This document shows positions 45,980 to 58,215 of a stretch of DNA of 64,000 nt, in pieces. Numbering within the stretch: position 1 is the stretch's first letter; each line of letters opens with the position of its first letter. The notes below the pieces were generated by a model. That model worked only from the letters and a program-made list of their open reading frames with translations, did not search any database and was not told where the DNA came from. The position numbers and the translations under genes were made by a program. Source of the stretch: Burkholderiales bacterium. GTDB taxonomy: Bacteria; Pseudomonadota; Gammaproteobacteria; Burkholderiales; Burkholderiaceae_C. The stretch lies in NCBI GenBank assembly GCA_947448955.1, contig CANFPU010000005.1, positions 5,224 through 69,223 of the forward strand, written 5' to 3'.

Positions 45980-46750
45980 TTGACGACGCTGCTGGGCTTC
46001 GAATTCTCAACACTGGCCTGGATCGCCGCGGCGACCCTGCTGGCCTTTGTGGTTCGCGGCTTGTCGGGCTTCGGCTCGTCGATGGTGGGCATTGGCGCGT
46101 TGAGCATCTTGTTGCCGCCGGCCCAAGTCGTGCCCGCCTTCCTGGCGATCGAACTGTTGAGCACTGTCCACTTGCTGCCCAGCATCTGGCGCCAGGTCGA
46201 TTGGCGTTCACTGCGCTGGGTGATCGGCGGCTGCGCGGTCTCGACCCCTGCGGGCTTGCTGCTGCTGGCCGGGCTGGACCCCAACCCGATGCGCTGGTTG
46301 GTGTCGATGTGCCTGACCGTGATCGCGCTGCTGATGCTCAGCGGCCTGGCCGGCCGGTTGGCGCCTCGACGCCAGCCCGGTCCCCTGGGCGCGATGGCGG
46401 TTGGCGTCGCATCGGGCCTGCTGAACGGTGCGGCCGGCATTGGCGGACCACCGGCGATCGTCTTCTATTTCTCGACGGCGGGCGCTGCCGTCAGCCGGGC
46501 CACACTGATCGCGTTCTTCCTGTTCACCGACCTTTATGCGCTAGCCTGGGCCGGCGGCACCGGCCTGCTGGCCACCGCTGGCTGGCCGCTGATCGTCGTC
46601 GCACTGCCCTTTGCGCTGCTCGGCGTGTGGCTCGGCAGCCGGCTGTACCTGCGGCTGGACGAAGCCTCACTGCGGCGACTGATCTGGTCGCTGCTGGTGG
46701 GGCTGGGCGTGCTCGGTCTGGTCAGCGCTGGTGCCCGGCTGGCGCCATGA
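45980..46750 (+). CDS. TauE/SafE sulfite-exporter family membrane protein
   Basis: VRGLSGFG, SGLLNGAAGIGGPP; about 8 TM helices. Confidence 0.85.
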   Translation: MTTLLGFEFSTLAWIAAATLLAFVVRGLSGFGSSMVGIGALSILLPPAQVVPAFLAIELLSTVHLLPSIWRQVDWRSLRWVIGGCAVSTPAGLLLLAGLDPNPMRWLVSMCLTVIALLMLSGLAGRLAPRRQPGPLGAMAVGVASGLLNGAAGIGGPPAIVFYFSTAGAAVSRATLIAFFLFTDLYALAWAGGTGLLATAGWPLIVVALPFALLGVWLGSRLYLRLDEASLRRLIWSLLVGLGVLGLVSAGARLAP

Positions 46751-47080
46751 TCCGCAACCGCGCTCGGCATCCTGCGTGGCCACACCAGCACTCGACACCG
46801 CTGACCGAATCCTGGCATGCCGCGCTGTCGGCCATGACCGGCAGCGGATCGTGCACGAATTTGGTGAATGATGACCGCCCAGCACAATGTCGGCGCGCTC
46901 GGGGCCGGGCTGAGCGGCTGGAAAATGTTGAGGTCAGCGAGCGAGTTTTGCGGGCCAAGTCGCGTAGCGATTGACCCTGATCGGGACGACCCGAATTGGC
47001 ACTGGCTCGATTCTCGCTAGGATGCGGGTACCGGCGGCCACGATGCCGCTCAACACCCCACCCGCAAGAAAGTCCCCGCC

Positions 47081-48874
47081 ATGCAAGAAGAACGTGAACT
47101 GCGCGCACTCATCGAAGACGTGCGCTCCGGCAAGCTGCCACGCCGCGGCTTCATCCAGCAGATGGTGATGCTGGGACTGACGGCGCCGATGGCCTCGATG
47201 ATGTTGATGCACGAGGGCGTGGCCCAGTCGCAGTCCAGCATCCCCTACAAGCCCACCAAGCGCGGCGGTGGCGGCACGCTCAAGGTGCTGTACTGGCAGG
47301 CTGCGGTGCACCTGAATCCGCACTATGCCGGCGGTACCAAGGACCAGGACGCCAGCCACATCTTCTACGAGCCGCTGGCTGGCTGGGACAGTGAAGGCAA
47401 CCTGGTGCCACGACTCGCGGCCGAGATCCCCAGCCGCGCCAACGGCGGCCTCACCGCCGACGGCAAGAGCGTCACCTGGAAGCTCAAGCGCGGTGTCACT
47501 TGGCACGATGGCAAGCCTTTCACGGCCGACGATGTGGTGTTCACCGCCGCCTATGCTGGTGATCCGGCGGCGTCGATGGTCACCGTCGCCACCTACAAAG
47601 ACATCAAGGTCACCAAGATCGATTCGCACACCGTGCGCATCGACTACCCCAAGGCGACGCCGTTCTGGGCCGAGGCCTTGGTCGGTGTTACCGGGCTGAT
47701 CCTGCCCAAGCATGTTTTCGAGCCCTTCATGGGCGCCAAGTCACGCGACAACCCGGCCAACACCAAGCCGGTGGGTACCGGGCCTTACAAGATCGTCGAA
47801 TTCAAGCCGGGCGACACGCTACGAGCCGAGGCCTATGCTGGCTACCACATCCCCAATCAGCCCTTCTTTGACGCGCTGGAGGTCAAGGGCGGCGGGGACG
47901 CCACCAGCGCCGCCCGCGCCGTGCTGCAGACCAACGAGTACGACGTCGGCTGGAACCTGGCCGTCGAGGACGAGATCCTCAAGCGCCTGGAAGCCGCCGG
48001 CAAGGGCAAGATGGAGTTCAAGGCCGGCAGCGACATCGAGTTCATCGCCCTCAACGTCACCGACCCCTGGAACGAGGTCGACGGCGAGCGCGCCAGCGCC
48101 AAGAGCAAGCACCCGGTCTTCCAGGACAAGGCCGTTCGCGATGCCATGAGTCTGCTGGTCGACCGCAAGGGCATCCAGGAGGTCATCTACGGCCGTGGCG
48201 CTGTGGCCACCGCCAACTTCCTGAACAACCCGCCGCGCTTCCGCAGTCCCAACACCAAGTACGAGTTCAACATCGACAAGGCGATCGCACTGCTCGAGGG
48301 CGCAGGCTGGAAGAAGGGTGCTGACGGCATCCGCGCCAAGGGCAATGCCAAGCTAAAGTTCGTCTACCAGACTTCCGTCAGCGGCCCGCGCCAGAAGTGC
48401 CAGGCCATCATCAAGGATGCCTGCACCAAGGCCGGCATCGATCTGGAGCTCAAGAGTGTGGTGGCCTCGGTGTTCTTCGGCGGCGACTTCGCCAACCCGG
48501 ACACCTACCAGAAGTTCTGGACCGACATGGAGATGTTCACCACCACGATGAGCGCGCCCGACCCGCAGTTCTTCATGGAGCAGTTCACCAGCAGCCAGCA
48601 CTCGCAGAAGGCCAACAAGTGGGCCAGCCGCAACCTCGCGCGTTGGAGCAACAAGGAGTACGACGAAACCTTTGCTGCCGCACAGGTCGAACTCGACCCG
48701 GTCAAGCGCGCCGCAATGTTCATCAAGTGCAATGACCTGGTGGTCAATGATGGCTATGTGATCCCGCTGTTTGCCCGCCCGCGGCCGGTGGGGGTGGTCA
48801 ACAAGCTGACCATCCACAGCTCAGCCTGGGACAGCCTGACCTGGGCCATCGGTTACTGGGTACGGGAAGCTTAG
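47081..48874 (+). CDS. Peptide/nickel ABC transporter substrate-binding protein
   Basis: Tat-like RRGF signal, WKLKRGVTWHDGKPFTADDV, PVGTGPY. Confidence 0.92.
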   Translation: MQEERELRALIEDVRSGKLPRRGFIQQMVMLGLTAPMASMMLMHEGVAQSQSSIPYKPTKRGGGGTLKVLYWQAAVHLNPHYAGGTKDQDASHIFYEPLAGWDSEGNLVPRLAAEIPSRANGGLTADGKSVTWKLKRGVTWHDGKPFTADDVVFTAAYAGDPAASMVTVATYKDIKVTKIDSHTVRIDYPKATPFWAEALVGVTGLILPKHVFEPFMGAKSRDNPANTKPVGTGPYKIVEFKPGDTLRAEAYAGYHIPNQPFFDALEVKGGGDATSAARAVLQTNEYDVGWNLAVEDEILKRLEAAGKGKMEFKAGSDIEFIALNVTDPWNEVDGERASAKSKHPVFQDKAVRDAMSLLVDRKGIQEVIYGRGAVATANFLNNPPRFRSPNTKYEFNIDKAIALLEGAGWKKGADGIRAKGNAKLKFVYQTSVSGPRQKCQAIIKDACTKAGIDLELKSVVASVFFGGDFANPDTYQKFWTDMEMFTTTMSAPDPQFFMEQFTSSQHSQKANKWASRNLARWSNKEYDETFAAAQVELDPVKRAAMFIKCNDLVVNDGYVIPLFARPRPVGVVNKLTIHSSAWDSLTWAIGYWVREA

Positions 48875-48893
48875 CCCGTAACCGTCGCGCCAA

Positions 48894-48924
48894 CGGCACG
48901 CCTCCTCTCAAAGAGGGGGTGCCG
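48894..48924 (+). terminator. Stem-loop after the substrate-binding gene (partial terminator or mRNA stabiliser)
   Basis: CGGCAC-GCCTCCTCT-CAA-AGAGGGG-GTGCCG hairpin; no U-tract. Confidence 0.5.
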
Positions 48925-48984
48925 CTGGCGGCCTGACATCCCTGAACCACTCATCGCTCTGCGTGCCCATCGGCGCTTGATCTC

Positions 48985-49944
48985 TTGTTCAATTACATCC
49001 TCCGCCGACTGCTGATCGCGCTGCCCAGCCTGCTGGGCATCAGCGTCGTGCTTTTCACGGTGCTGGCGCTGGCACCGGGCGATCCCTTCGAAGACCTGGC
49101 GAACAACCCGTCGGTGCCGCCCGAGGTGCGCATGGCCTTGCGCGCGCAGTTCGGCCTGGATGACCCGATCTGGCAGCGCTACCTGAGCTGGCTGGGCAGT
49201 ATGTTCAAGGGCAACTGGGGCTTCAGCTTTGTCAGCCGCATCAATGTCGATCAGCTGATCCTGCAGCGCATCCCGGTGACCTTGGTGGTGATCGGGCTTT
49301 CGCAACTGCTGGCCATGTTGGTGGCCTTGCCGGTGGGCATCCTGGCTGCAGCCAAGCCCTATTCCTGGTTCGACCGTATTGCCAGCACCCTGGCCTTCGT
49401 CGGTTTTTCGCTGCCGACTTTCTTCACCGGGGTGATCTTCATCCTGTTCTTCAGCATCTACCTGGGCTGGTTTCCGTTCGTCTACCGCAGTGACTTGTCG
49501 GCCACTGGGCTGGACTGGTGGTGGCAGCAGTTCAAGCAGTCCATCATGCCGATCACGGTGTTGGGCCTGTTCCAGGCGGCCAGCATGATGCGCTATGTGC
49601 GGTCGGCGGTGCTCGATGTGATTCGACTCGATTACGTGACCACCGCGCGCAGCAAAGGCCTGGCCGAGCGCATGGTGATCACCAAGCATGTGGTGCGCAA
49701 TGCGTTGATCCCGGTGGTCACGCTGGTGGCGCTGCAGATGCCGGCCGTCTTTGGCGGCGCCATCGTCACCGAGCAGATCTTTCGCATCCCCGGCATCGGC
49801 AGCCTGCTGATCGACGCCATCCTGCGCAACGACACACCGGTGATCATGGCGGTCACCTTCGTGTTCAGTTGCCTGGTGATCCTCTTCAACTTGATTGCAG
49901 ACTTGCTCTATGGCTGGCTCGACCCCCGCATCAGCTACCACTGA
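48985..49944 (+). CDS. Peptide ABC transporter permease (OppB/DppB-like)
   Basis: YILRRLL, FGLDDP, DYVTTARSKGL, RNALIP, LDPRI. Confidence 0.92.
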   Translation: MFNYILRRLLIALPSLLGISVVLFTVLALAPGDPFEDLANNPSVPPEVRMALRAQFGLDDPIWQRYLSWLGSMFKGNWGFSFVSRINVDQLILQRIPVTLVVIGLSQLLAMLVALPVGILAAAKPYSWFDRIASTLAFVGFSLPTFFTGVIFILFFSIYLGWFPFVYRSDLSATGLDWWWQQFKQSIMPITVLGLFQAASMMRYVRSAVLDVIRLDYVTTARSKGLAERMVITKHVVRNALIPVVTLVALQMPAVFGGAIVTEQIFRIPGIGSLLIDAILRNDTPVIMAVTFVFSCLVILFNLIADLLYGWLDPRISYH

Positions 49945-50880
49945 GCCCGCAGACGAAGGCGAGGCCGGACCCGTGCCGGGCCGCTCATCCGTTTCCCGAG
50001 GCGCTTCAACCTCACCCTGGGCCGAAGCTTGGCGCCGCTTCCAGCGCCACCGGCTGGCCTACTGGAGCCTCTGGTTGCTGGGCTTGATGGTGCTGGCGGT
50101 ATTGCTTGGGCCGCTGTTCTACAAGGTCGGCATCAACGACATCGACTTCAAAGCCCGCCTGGCCTCGCCGACGGCCCAACATGTGTTCGGCACCGATGAC
50201 CTGGGCCGCGACCTGCTGGCCCGCATGCTGTATGGCGGGCGCATCAGTTTGGCGGTCGGCATGGCGGCAATGCTGATGGCCATCACCGTGGGCGTGCTGA
50301 TCGGCTCGGTGGCCGGCATGGCACGCGGCTGGGTGGACTCCTTGCTGATGTGGCTGACCGACCTGTTCCTCAGCCTGCCGCAATTGCCCTTGCTGCTGCT
50401 GCTGATCTTCCTGTTCCGCGAGCCGCTGAAGGCTGCGTTCGGTCTGGAGGCGGGGGTGTTCATCCTGATCGTCGTGGTGATCGGCGGCTTTCGCTGGATG
50501 CCGGTGGCGCGGCTGGTGCGGGCGCAGTTCTTCAGCCTGCGCGAAAAAGAGTTCGTCGAGGCCGCGCGCGCACTGGGCGCCAGCACCGCACGCCAGGTGC
50601 TGCGTCACATCCTGCCCAACAGCCTGGGCCCGGTGATCGTGGCCGCCACCATCGACGTGGCCGCAGCGATCATTGCCGAGAGCACGCTCAGCTTCCTGGG
50701 CTTGGGCTTCCCGCCTGACATCCCCACCTGGGGCCGCATCCTGTACGACAGCCGCGATTACATGGACCTGGCCTTGCACTGGGCCCTGTTCCCTGGCTTG
50801 GCGATCTTTTTTACGGTGCTGACCATCAATTTCATCGGCGACGGTCTGCGCGACGCGCTCGATCCGAGGCGGGTTCTCTG

Positions 50881-50881
<1 letters not shown>
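49910..50881 (+). CDS. Peptide ABC transporter permease (OppC/DppC-like)
   Basis: FGTDDLGRD, EFVEAARALGAS, HILPN, LSFLGLG, GDGLRDALDP; start uncertain. Confidence 0.9.
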
Positions 50882-51857
<976 letters not shown>

Positions 51858-51861
<4 letters not shown>

Positions 51862-52880
51862 ACGGCGACACAGCGGTTGCCAGCATGGCCGCCTCCAGCA
51901 CACCGCTGCTGAAGGTCAAAGATTTGGTCAAGCGCTTCCCGATCCAAGGGGGCCTCCTCAGCCGAACCGTCGGCCAGGTGCATGCGGTAGATGGCGTGAG
52001 CTTCGAACTGCCTGCCGGCGAAACCTTGGGGGTGGTGGGCGAAAGCGGCTGCGGCAAAAGCACCACCGGCCGCTGCATCCTGAGATTGATCGAGCCCACC
52101 TCGGGCCAAGTGTGGTTCGAAGGCAAGAGCGTCACTGACGCCGGCAAGAGCGAGTTGCGAGCGCTGGCGCGCGACATGCAGATCATCTTCCAGGATCCGT
52201 TCGCCAGCCTGAACCCACGGATGACGGTCTCGGCCATCATCGGCGAGGCCCTGACCATCCACAAGCTGACCCAGAGCCGCGCCGAGTACGACGCACGCAT
52301 CGTCGAACTGCTCGAGACCGTCGGGCTGAGTGCCGACCACACGCGCCGTTACCCGCACGAGTTTTCCGGTGGGCAGCGCCAGCGCATCGGCATCGCGCGC
52401 GCGCTGGCCGTCAAGCCCAAGCTGATCATCTGCGACGAGGCCGTCAGCGCGCTGGACGTGTCGATCCAGGCTCAGGTGATCAACCTGCTCGAAGACCTGC
52501 AGTCGCAGCTGGGCCTGACCTACATCTTCATCGCCCACGATCTGTCGGTGGTCGAGCACATCAGCGACCGGGTCGCCGTGATGTACCTGGGCCGCATCGT
52601 CGAGATCGCGGCGGCCAAGGACCTCTACACCGCCCCGCAGCACCCTTATACCGAGGCGCTGTTGTCAGCGGTGCCGATCCCCGACCCCAAGCTCAAGCGC
52701 GAACGTCAGCAAAAACGTATCCTGCTGCAAGGCGACGTGCCCAGCCCGATCAACCCGCCCTCGGGCTGCCATTTCCATACCCGCTGCCCAGTGGCCCGCA
52801 AAGGCCTGTGCGACGTGCAGACGCCGGTGCTCAAAGCGGTTGGCGAGGGCCATCAGGTGGCCTGCCACTTGCGCGGCTGA
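51858..52880 (+). CDS. Peptide ABC transporter ATPase (OppF-like)
   Basis: [43 protein letters not shown]. Confidence 0.93.
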
Positions 52881-52896
52881 GGGGGCGACTGATCTC

Positions 52897-52932
52897 TGGG
52901 CGGATCGTTGGGCGGATCGCTGGGCGGATGCC
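52897..52932 (+). repeat. 3 x 12-bp tandem repeat between convergent genes
   Basis: tgggcggatcgt tgggcggatcgc tgggcggatgcc. Confidence 0.85.
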
Positions 52933-52971
52933 CAGACTGATCACTCGAGTGATGACGCGGCTGACGGCCTG

Positions 52972-53787
52972 TCAGCGCTTCCCGAACCCCAGCTTGGCCG
53001 CGAAACGACGCATCCCCCCCAGCCAGCGGTCGTAGTCCCCGGCCTTGCGCTGGAAATACTCGAGCACGGACGGGTGCGGCAAGATCAGGAACTTCTCCGA
53101 CTCGATGCCGGCGAGCACCACCTCGGCCACCTCGGCCGGCGTCATCACACCGTCGGCGCGCGCCGCCGACGACCCCGATCGCGCCTGGATCATCGGCGTG
53201 TCCACCGCCTGCGGGCACAGCACCGACACCCGGATGCCCGCATCGCCATGTTGTACCGACAGCCATTCGGCCAGCGCGATCGCCGAATGCTTGGTCACGG
53301 CGTAGGTGGCCGACGGCAGCGACGTGATCAGGCCAGCGGCCGACGCGGTGCTCAGCAGGTAGCCTTCGCCGCGTGCGCGCATGCCGGGCAGCACTGCGCG
53401 GGCCGCGTAAAGATGCGCCATCACATGCACCTGCCAGTTCAACTGCCAATCGGCATCCGGCGTGTTCTCGTCGCCGTCGCGGATCAGTCCGGCATTGGAG
53501 AAAAACACGTCGACCTGACCGAAACGCTGCTCAGCGGCCGCGACCAAGACCTTGACGTCGGTCTCGACGCCCACGTCACCGGGCACGGCGATCGCTGGCG
53601 CCGGCGTGCCGCTGCCAGCGCCGTCGCGAGACAGTTCGGACGCCAGCTGTTCGAGCGCTGCGGCCTGGTGGGGCAGGTCGGCCAACACCAGACCGCGCGG
53701 CTGCTCGGCGGCGAACCGAATCGCCAGCGCGCGGCCGATGCCGCTGGCAGCACCCGTGATGACGATGACGCGGTCTTTGAGTTTCAT
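52972..53787 (-). CDS. Short-chain dehydrogenase/reductase
   Basis: ITGAASGIG, SNAG, YAVTK (YxxxK); GGAGA RBS. Confidence 0.92.
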   Translation of the reverse strand: MKLKDRVIVITGAASGIGRALAIRFAAEQPRGLVLADLPHQAAALEQLASELSRDGAGSGTPAPAIAVPGDVGVETDVKVLVAAAEQRFGQVDVFFSNAGLIRDGDENTPDADWQLNWQVHVMAHLYAARAVLPGMRARGEGYLLSTASAAGLITSLPSATYAVTKHSAIALAEWLSVQHGDAGIRVSVLCPQAVDTPMIQARSGSSAARADGVMTPAEVAEVVLAGIESEKFLILPHPSVLEYFQRKAGDYDRWLGGMRRFAAKLGFGKR

Positions 53788-53977
53788 GGCGATGTCTCCG
53801 GTGCGTACCAAGCTGGCCGCGCCTGCTGGAAGGGGACGGGTGCGCGGCATCGGCGGTGATCCGCTGCCGGGCTCGGGGGCTAAGCTCTCGATCGTAGCGG
53901 CAGCGGCGGCCTCATCGTCAAAATCGACGCCGTCGATCCACAGGCCTCGGGCACAACGCCCGCAGCGCGCTTGGCGC

Positions 53978-54829
53978 TCACTCGGACGCGCGCGCCTCGC
54001 TGTGCCAAGGCGTCCAGATCAATCCGGCACCCAGGCTGTAGTTGGCTTGGCTGCGCAACAGTGGGCTGGCACTGTTGGCAGCGCCGTGCAGTGATATGCC
54101 ACGGGCGGTCACGAACCACGACAAGCTGTCGCTCTGGCGCCCGCTGAGACCCAAGCTGAGCTCGGTGCCCAAGTAGCCAGCCCGGGCCGCGTAAGCCGGC
54201 CGACCGGCCTTGGCCTGCGCAGGCTCGACTTGATAGAAATACTGGCTGGCGGTCCGGCTGGCCCAGATCGGCTGCAAACCCAGGTTCAGCGCCGCAGGCC
54301 CGCCGCCGAACGGATTGACCGCCAGCGGGCTGAAGCGCCAGCGCAGCTCTGGATCGACCATCACACCGCGACCTTGCAGGCTGTGAAGATCGGTCGAGGT
54401 CAGCGCGCGTGCCTTCAGGCGCAGCGTCGGGCTGCCCCATTCGTTGCGCAACCCTTTGTAGATCAGCTGCGGTCCGAGACCGAACATGTAATCCAGCGCG
54501 GGCATGCCCTGACGCGCCTCGCTGTTGCGGGCATTGAACGCCGCGCTGGCCGTGAAATCGAGTTCGAAGTCGCTGTGGTTGATCATCCGGCCGCTGATGC
54601 CTTCGCGGTCGATCCGCAACATCGGGCCACGGTAGCTCAGGTAGGGCAGGACCAAGCCGCGACCATGGTTCTGGTTGGCACCAGGATAGTCACTAACCCA
54701 GCCGCCACCGAGCGCCAGCCCCACTTCCCACAAGGGCCGGTTCGGCTCGGCAGGCTGGGCCAGCACTGCCCCGCTGCCCAGCAATCCCAGCCCCAGCGCG
54801 GCCAGCAAGCCGCAACGCGAATACATCAT
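53978..54829 (-). CDS. MipA/OmpV family outer-membrane protein
   Basis: Signal peptide, PLWEVGL, DYPGA, LPYLSYRG, YFYQV, SPLLR; amphipathic beta-strands. Confidence 0.8.
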   Translation of the reverse strand: MMYSRCGLLAALGLGLLGSGAVLAQPAEPNRPLWEVGLALGGGWVSDYPGANQNHGRGLVLPYLSYRGPMLRIDREGISGRMINHSDFELDFTASAAFNARNSEARQGMPALDYMFGLGPQLIYKGLRNEWGSPTLRLKARALTSTDLHSLQGRGVMVDPELRWRFSPLAVNPFGGGPAALNLGLQPIWASRTASQYFYQVEPAQAKAGRPAYAARAGYLGTELSLGLSGRQSDSLSWFVTARGISLHGAANSASPLLRSQANYSLGAGLIWTPWHSEARASE

Positions 54830-54946
54830 GTCAATCCCCCAGCAGGTGTTGTGCACAGCGTCGACGGCCCCCCTCGGTCGACGCCCGAGACCAGGAGTGT
54901 CCCCGATCCGAAACGCGCCGCCTGTCGGCCGCTGCGTCAGCCCGGC

Positions 54947-56959
54947 TCATGGGCCCACACCCAGCACCTGGCGAAGGAACAACACCGTGGCGTAAAACTG
55001 GTAGTCGGCGTTCTCCTTGCGCGCGAAGCCGTGGCCCTCGTTGTCGGCGCGCAGGTACCACACCGGGGTGCCACTGGCGCGCACCTGGGCCACGATCTGT
55101 TCGGCCTCGGTGACCGGCACCCGAGGGTCGTTGAGTCCTTGCACCACCAGCAGCGGGCGGGAGATACGGGAAGCTTGCGTCAGCGGCGAGATGCGCTGCA
55201 GGAACTCGCGCATTGCCGGGTCGCGCTCGTCGCCGTACTCGGCCCGACGCAGGTCGCGGCGATAGCTCTCGGTGTTCTCCAGGAAACTGACGAAATTTGA
55301 GATGCCCACCACGTCGATCGACCCGGCAATGCGCTCAGGGTAGGTGGTGGCCACAGCCAAACTCATGTAGCCGCCGTAGCTACCGCCGGCCACCACCACG
55401 CGGGACGGGTCGAGGTCGGGCTGGGTGGCGATCCAGTCCAGCAGCGCGCCGATGTCCTTGACCGAGTCCTCGCGCAGCCGGCCATTGTCCAATGCCAAAA
55501 AAGTCTTGCCGTAGCCGCTAGAGCCGCGCACATTGGGTTGCAGGATGGCCACGCCCAGCGTCTGCAGCAAATGGTTGTTGCGGCCCGCAAAGCCGACCTT
55601 GGCCTGGCTCTCGGGTCCGCCATGGATGTTGATCAACACCGGCCGACGGCCGGTGAAGCGAGCCGGCGGGCGGTTCAGCAGGCCCGAGATGCTTCGGCCA
55701 TCGAAGCTGGTCCAGCGAACGATTTGCTGCTCGGTCAGCGCGGCGCGGTCGAGCGCAGGGTGCAGGCGGGCGCGGGTCCAGGGCTCGAAGCGGCCGCTCG
55801 AAAGGTCCAGGCTGTAGAGCTGGCTGGGCCCCTGGGCATTGCTCAGCGACAGCGCCAGCTCATGGCGCTGCGGATGGAACTGCAACCTGCCCAAGCTGCC
55901 GGGCGGCATGCCAGGCAACGCCGGCCGCGCGCTCAGCGTGCGGCTGTCGACCAGCTGAAGCTGCTCGCGGCCATCCGCATTGACCTGCAGCGCCAACAGG
56001 CTGCCATCGGCGCTGAGATCGACCGCCTCGACGTCCCAGGGCGGGGGCGTGTCGAGGCGCTGCAACGCGCCGCTGGCCAGGTCCAGCGCCATCAGCTCGC
56101 GGAACTCACTGGCGCGGTCGCTGGTGAGGTAGAGCGTTCGGCCATCGGCGCTGAATCGGGCTGGCAAGTGGCTCGCGACCGGCCCAACACCAGGCGCAGG
56201 CAGCAACTGGCGGCGCTGACCGGTGGCCAGGTCCATCAACCAGACCTCCGACTCGCCGGCCGAGCGGTAGCGCAGCAACGCCACCTGACGGTCATCGGGC
56301 GAAACCGCCGCCGCGCGCCAGCCTGTGCCAGGCAACTCAGCCAGGCTGCGGCGCTGCGCTGGCAAGGCCGGGTCGAGCATCCACAGACTGGTGTTGACCG
56401 CGTTGCGACGCCCGTTTTGGGCGGTGCGGTCCAGCGGCACCGAACTGACCAGGCACAGGCTGCTTCGGTGCAGCCATGCGTCCAGGCTGTGGCGCTGATC
56501 GGGATCGGTCAGCAGGGTCTGGCGCCGATCGGCCCAGTCGAGCCGGTACAGCTGATAGGCCTCGTTGCCGCCAGTGCCGCGGGTCAGCACGACATAGCGG
56601 CCTTCGCGCGGCTCGTACCAGGCCCTGCTGACCGGGTCCAGACCATCGGTCAAGGCCTCGGGTTCGGCCAGCGGACCAGCCAGACGGTAGAGCTGCACGG
56701 TGTTACCACCGACGGGCCGGTGGCTGACCAGCATCTCGCGCCGGGTCGGATGCCAGTCGACCCAGCCGTGTCCGGCGAAATCGCTGTAGCGCTCGACCTC
56801 GGTGGCCAAGCTGGCGGGCACCTGCGGCAGGCCCTGCAGCAGCAGCGCGGGTGGCGGCGCGAGGGTCGGGCGCGCCGAAGGCGCAGCGCAAGCTGTGAGC
56901 AACGCGGTGATCAGGACGAAAGCGGACCCCAGCGCGGACCCACGGATAGCCAAGTTCAT
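54947..56959 (-). CDS. S9 prolyl-oligopeptidase-family lipoprotein
   Basis: Lipobox LLTAC, beta-propeller repeats, IHGGPE, NVRGSSGYG, GGSYGG, NDPRVP, EGHGF. Confidence 0.92.
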   Translation of the reverse strand: MNLAIRGSALGSAFVLITALLTACAAPSARPTLAPPPALLLQGLPQVPASLATEVERYSDFAGHGWVDWHPTRREMLVSHRPVGGNTVQLYRLAGPLAEPEALTDGLDPVSRAWYEPREGRYVVLTRGTGGNEAYQLYRLDWADRRQTLLTDPDQRHSLDAWLHRSSLCLVSSVPLDRTAQNGRRNAVNTSLWMLDPALPAQRRSLAELPGTGWRAAAVSPDDRQVALLRYRSAGESEVWLMDLATGQRRQLLPAPGVGPVASHLPARFSADGRTLYLTSDRASEFRELMALDLASGALQRLDTPPPWDVEAVDLSADGSLLALQVNADGREQLQLVDSRTLSARPALPGMPPGSLGRLQFHPQRHELALSLSNAQGPSQLYSLDLSSGRFEPWTRARLHPALDRAALTEQQIVRWTSFDGRSISGLLNRPPARFTGRRPVLINIHGGPESQAKVGFAGRNNHLLQTLGVAILQPNVRGSSGYGKTFLALDNGRLREDSVKDIGALLDWIATQPDLDPSRVVVAGGSYGGYMSLAVATTYPERIAGSIDVVGISNFVSFLENTESYRRDLRRAEYGDERDPAMREFLQRISPLTQASRISRPLLVVQGLNDPRVPVTEAEQIVAQVRASGTPVWYLRADNEGHGFARKENADYQFYATVLFLRQVLGVGP

Positions 56960-57051
56960 AGACAACTCTGCGGCGGTAAATTGAAGGCGCCGATTTTGAC
57001 GCCTGCGACCACGGCGCAAAATCGCGGCCTTGCTCAAGCCAGACCCCCGAG

Positions 57052-58080
57052 ATGCAATTGCATGACCTCCGCCAGCGACTGCGCGCGCTGGGTGCCAAAC
57101 CCGCGCACGAGCAGCGCTTGCTGCGGCAATGGGCCAACGCGCTGCCGCAGCAAGCGGGCAAGCGCAGGCTGGAGGATTGGCTGCCGCAGTCGCTTCGAGA
57201 CGCATTGCCCGCGCTGAACGACGAATTGGCTGGCTTGGTGCGGCTGCAGTCCGAGCACCCGGGCGAGGACGGCTCGGCCCGGCTGCTGCTGGCGCTGGCA
57301 GACGGCCAGACCATAGAGGCCGTGCTGTTACCGCGCGACGGCCTTTGCGTGTCGAGTCAAGTCGGCTGCGCGGTCGGCTGCCTGTTCTGCATGACCGGAC
57401 GCGAAGGCTTGCTGCGCCAGGTCGGCAGCGCCGAGATCGTCGCGCAGGTTGCGCTGGCCAGGACGATGCGCCCGGTCAAGAAGGTTGTGTTCATGGGCAT
57501 GGGCGAGCCCGCGCACAACCTGGAGAACGTGATGGCGGCGATCGAGTTGCTCGGCACCGCCGGCAACATCGGCCACAAGAACCTGGTGTTCTCGACCGTC
57601 GGCGACACCCGGGTCTTCGAGCGCCTGCCCCATGGGCCCGTCAAGCCCGCGCTGGCGCTGTCGCTACACACCACCCGAGCGGCGCTGCGTGAGCGCTTGC
57701 TGCCGCGCGCGCCACGCCTGAGCCCCGATGAGCTGGTCGACTCGGCCGAGGCCTATGCCCGCACCACCGGTTACCCGGTACAAGTGCAATGGACGCTGAT
57801 CGAAGGCGTCAACGACGGCGACGACGAGGTCGAGGGCATCGTCCGCCTGCTCGCCGGCAAGTACATGGTGCTCAACCTGATCCCCTACAACCGGGTCGAC
57901 GGCCTGGACTTCCAACGCCCAAGCTGGGACCGCGCCGCGGCGATGGCGCGCACGCTACACCGCCAAGGCGTGCTGACCAAGCTGCGCCATTCGGCAGGTC
58001 AGGATGTCGAAGGCGGCTGCGGTCAGCTAAGAGCCCGCTCGACCGTCGAATCGGTGGTCGTGCTGCGTCGCGGCGTTTGA
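57052..58080 (+). CDS. RlmN/Cfr-family radical-SAM RNA methyltransferase (short paralogue)
   Basis: IEAVL, CVSSQVGCAVGCLFC, MGMGEP, SLH, NLIPYN, GCGQL. Confidence 0.9.
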   Translation: MQLHDLRQRLRALGAKPAHEQRLLRQWANALPQQAGKRRLEDWLPQSLRDALPALNDELAGLVRLQSEHPGEDGSARLLLALADGQTIEAVLLPRDGLCVSSQVGCAVGCLFCMTGREGLLRQVGSAEIVAQVALARTMRPVKKVVFMGMGEPAHNLENVMAAIELLGTAGNIGHKNLVFSTVGDTRVFERLPHGPVKPALALSLHTTRAALRERLLPRAPRLSPDELVDSAEAYARTTGYPVQVQWTLIEGVNDGDDEVEGIVRLLAGKYMVLNLIPYNRVDGLDFQRPSWDRAAAMARTLHRQGVLTKLRHSAGQDVEGGCGQLRARSTVESVVVLRRGV

Positions 58081-58115
58081 GCACACGGCGTTTGAGCGCA
58101 CGGCACTTGACGCCA
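58071..58115 (+). repeat. 3 x 15-bp degenerate tandem repeat starting at the methyltransferase stop codon
   Basis: cggcgtttgagcaca cggcgtttgagcgca cggcacttgacgcca. Confidence 0.8.
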
Positions 58116-58215
58116 CGCCACGCCGCGATCACCAGGTCGTCGCGTTGCGGTAAGGTGCAACGCTGAAGCAGGCCAAGCGGCGCCCAGCAGCCCCAAACAC
58201 CCCCGGAGACCGAAG

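Noticed and set aside
57052-58080. Cfr antibiotic-resistance methyltransferase
   Set aside because: Has RlmN-type MGMGEP and no mobile context; resistance cannot be supported from the sequence.
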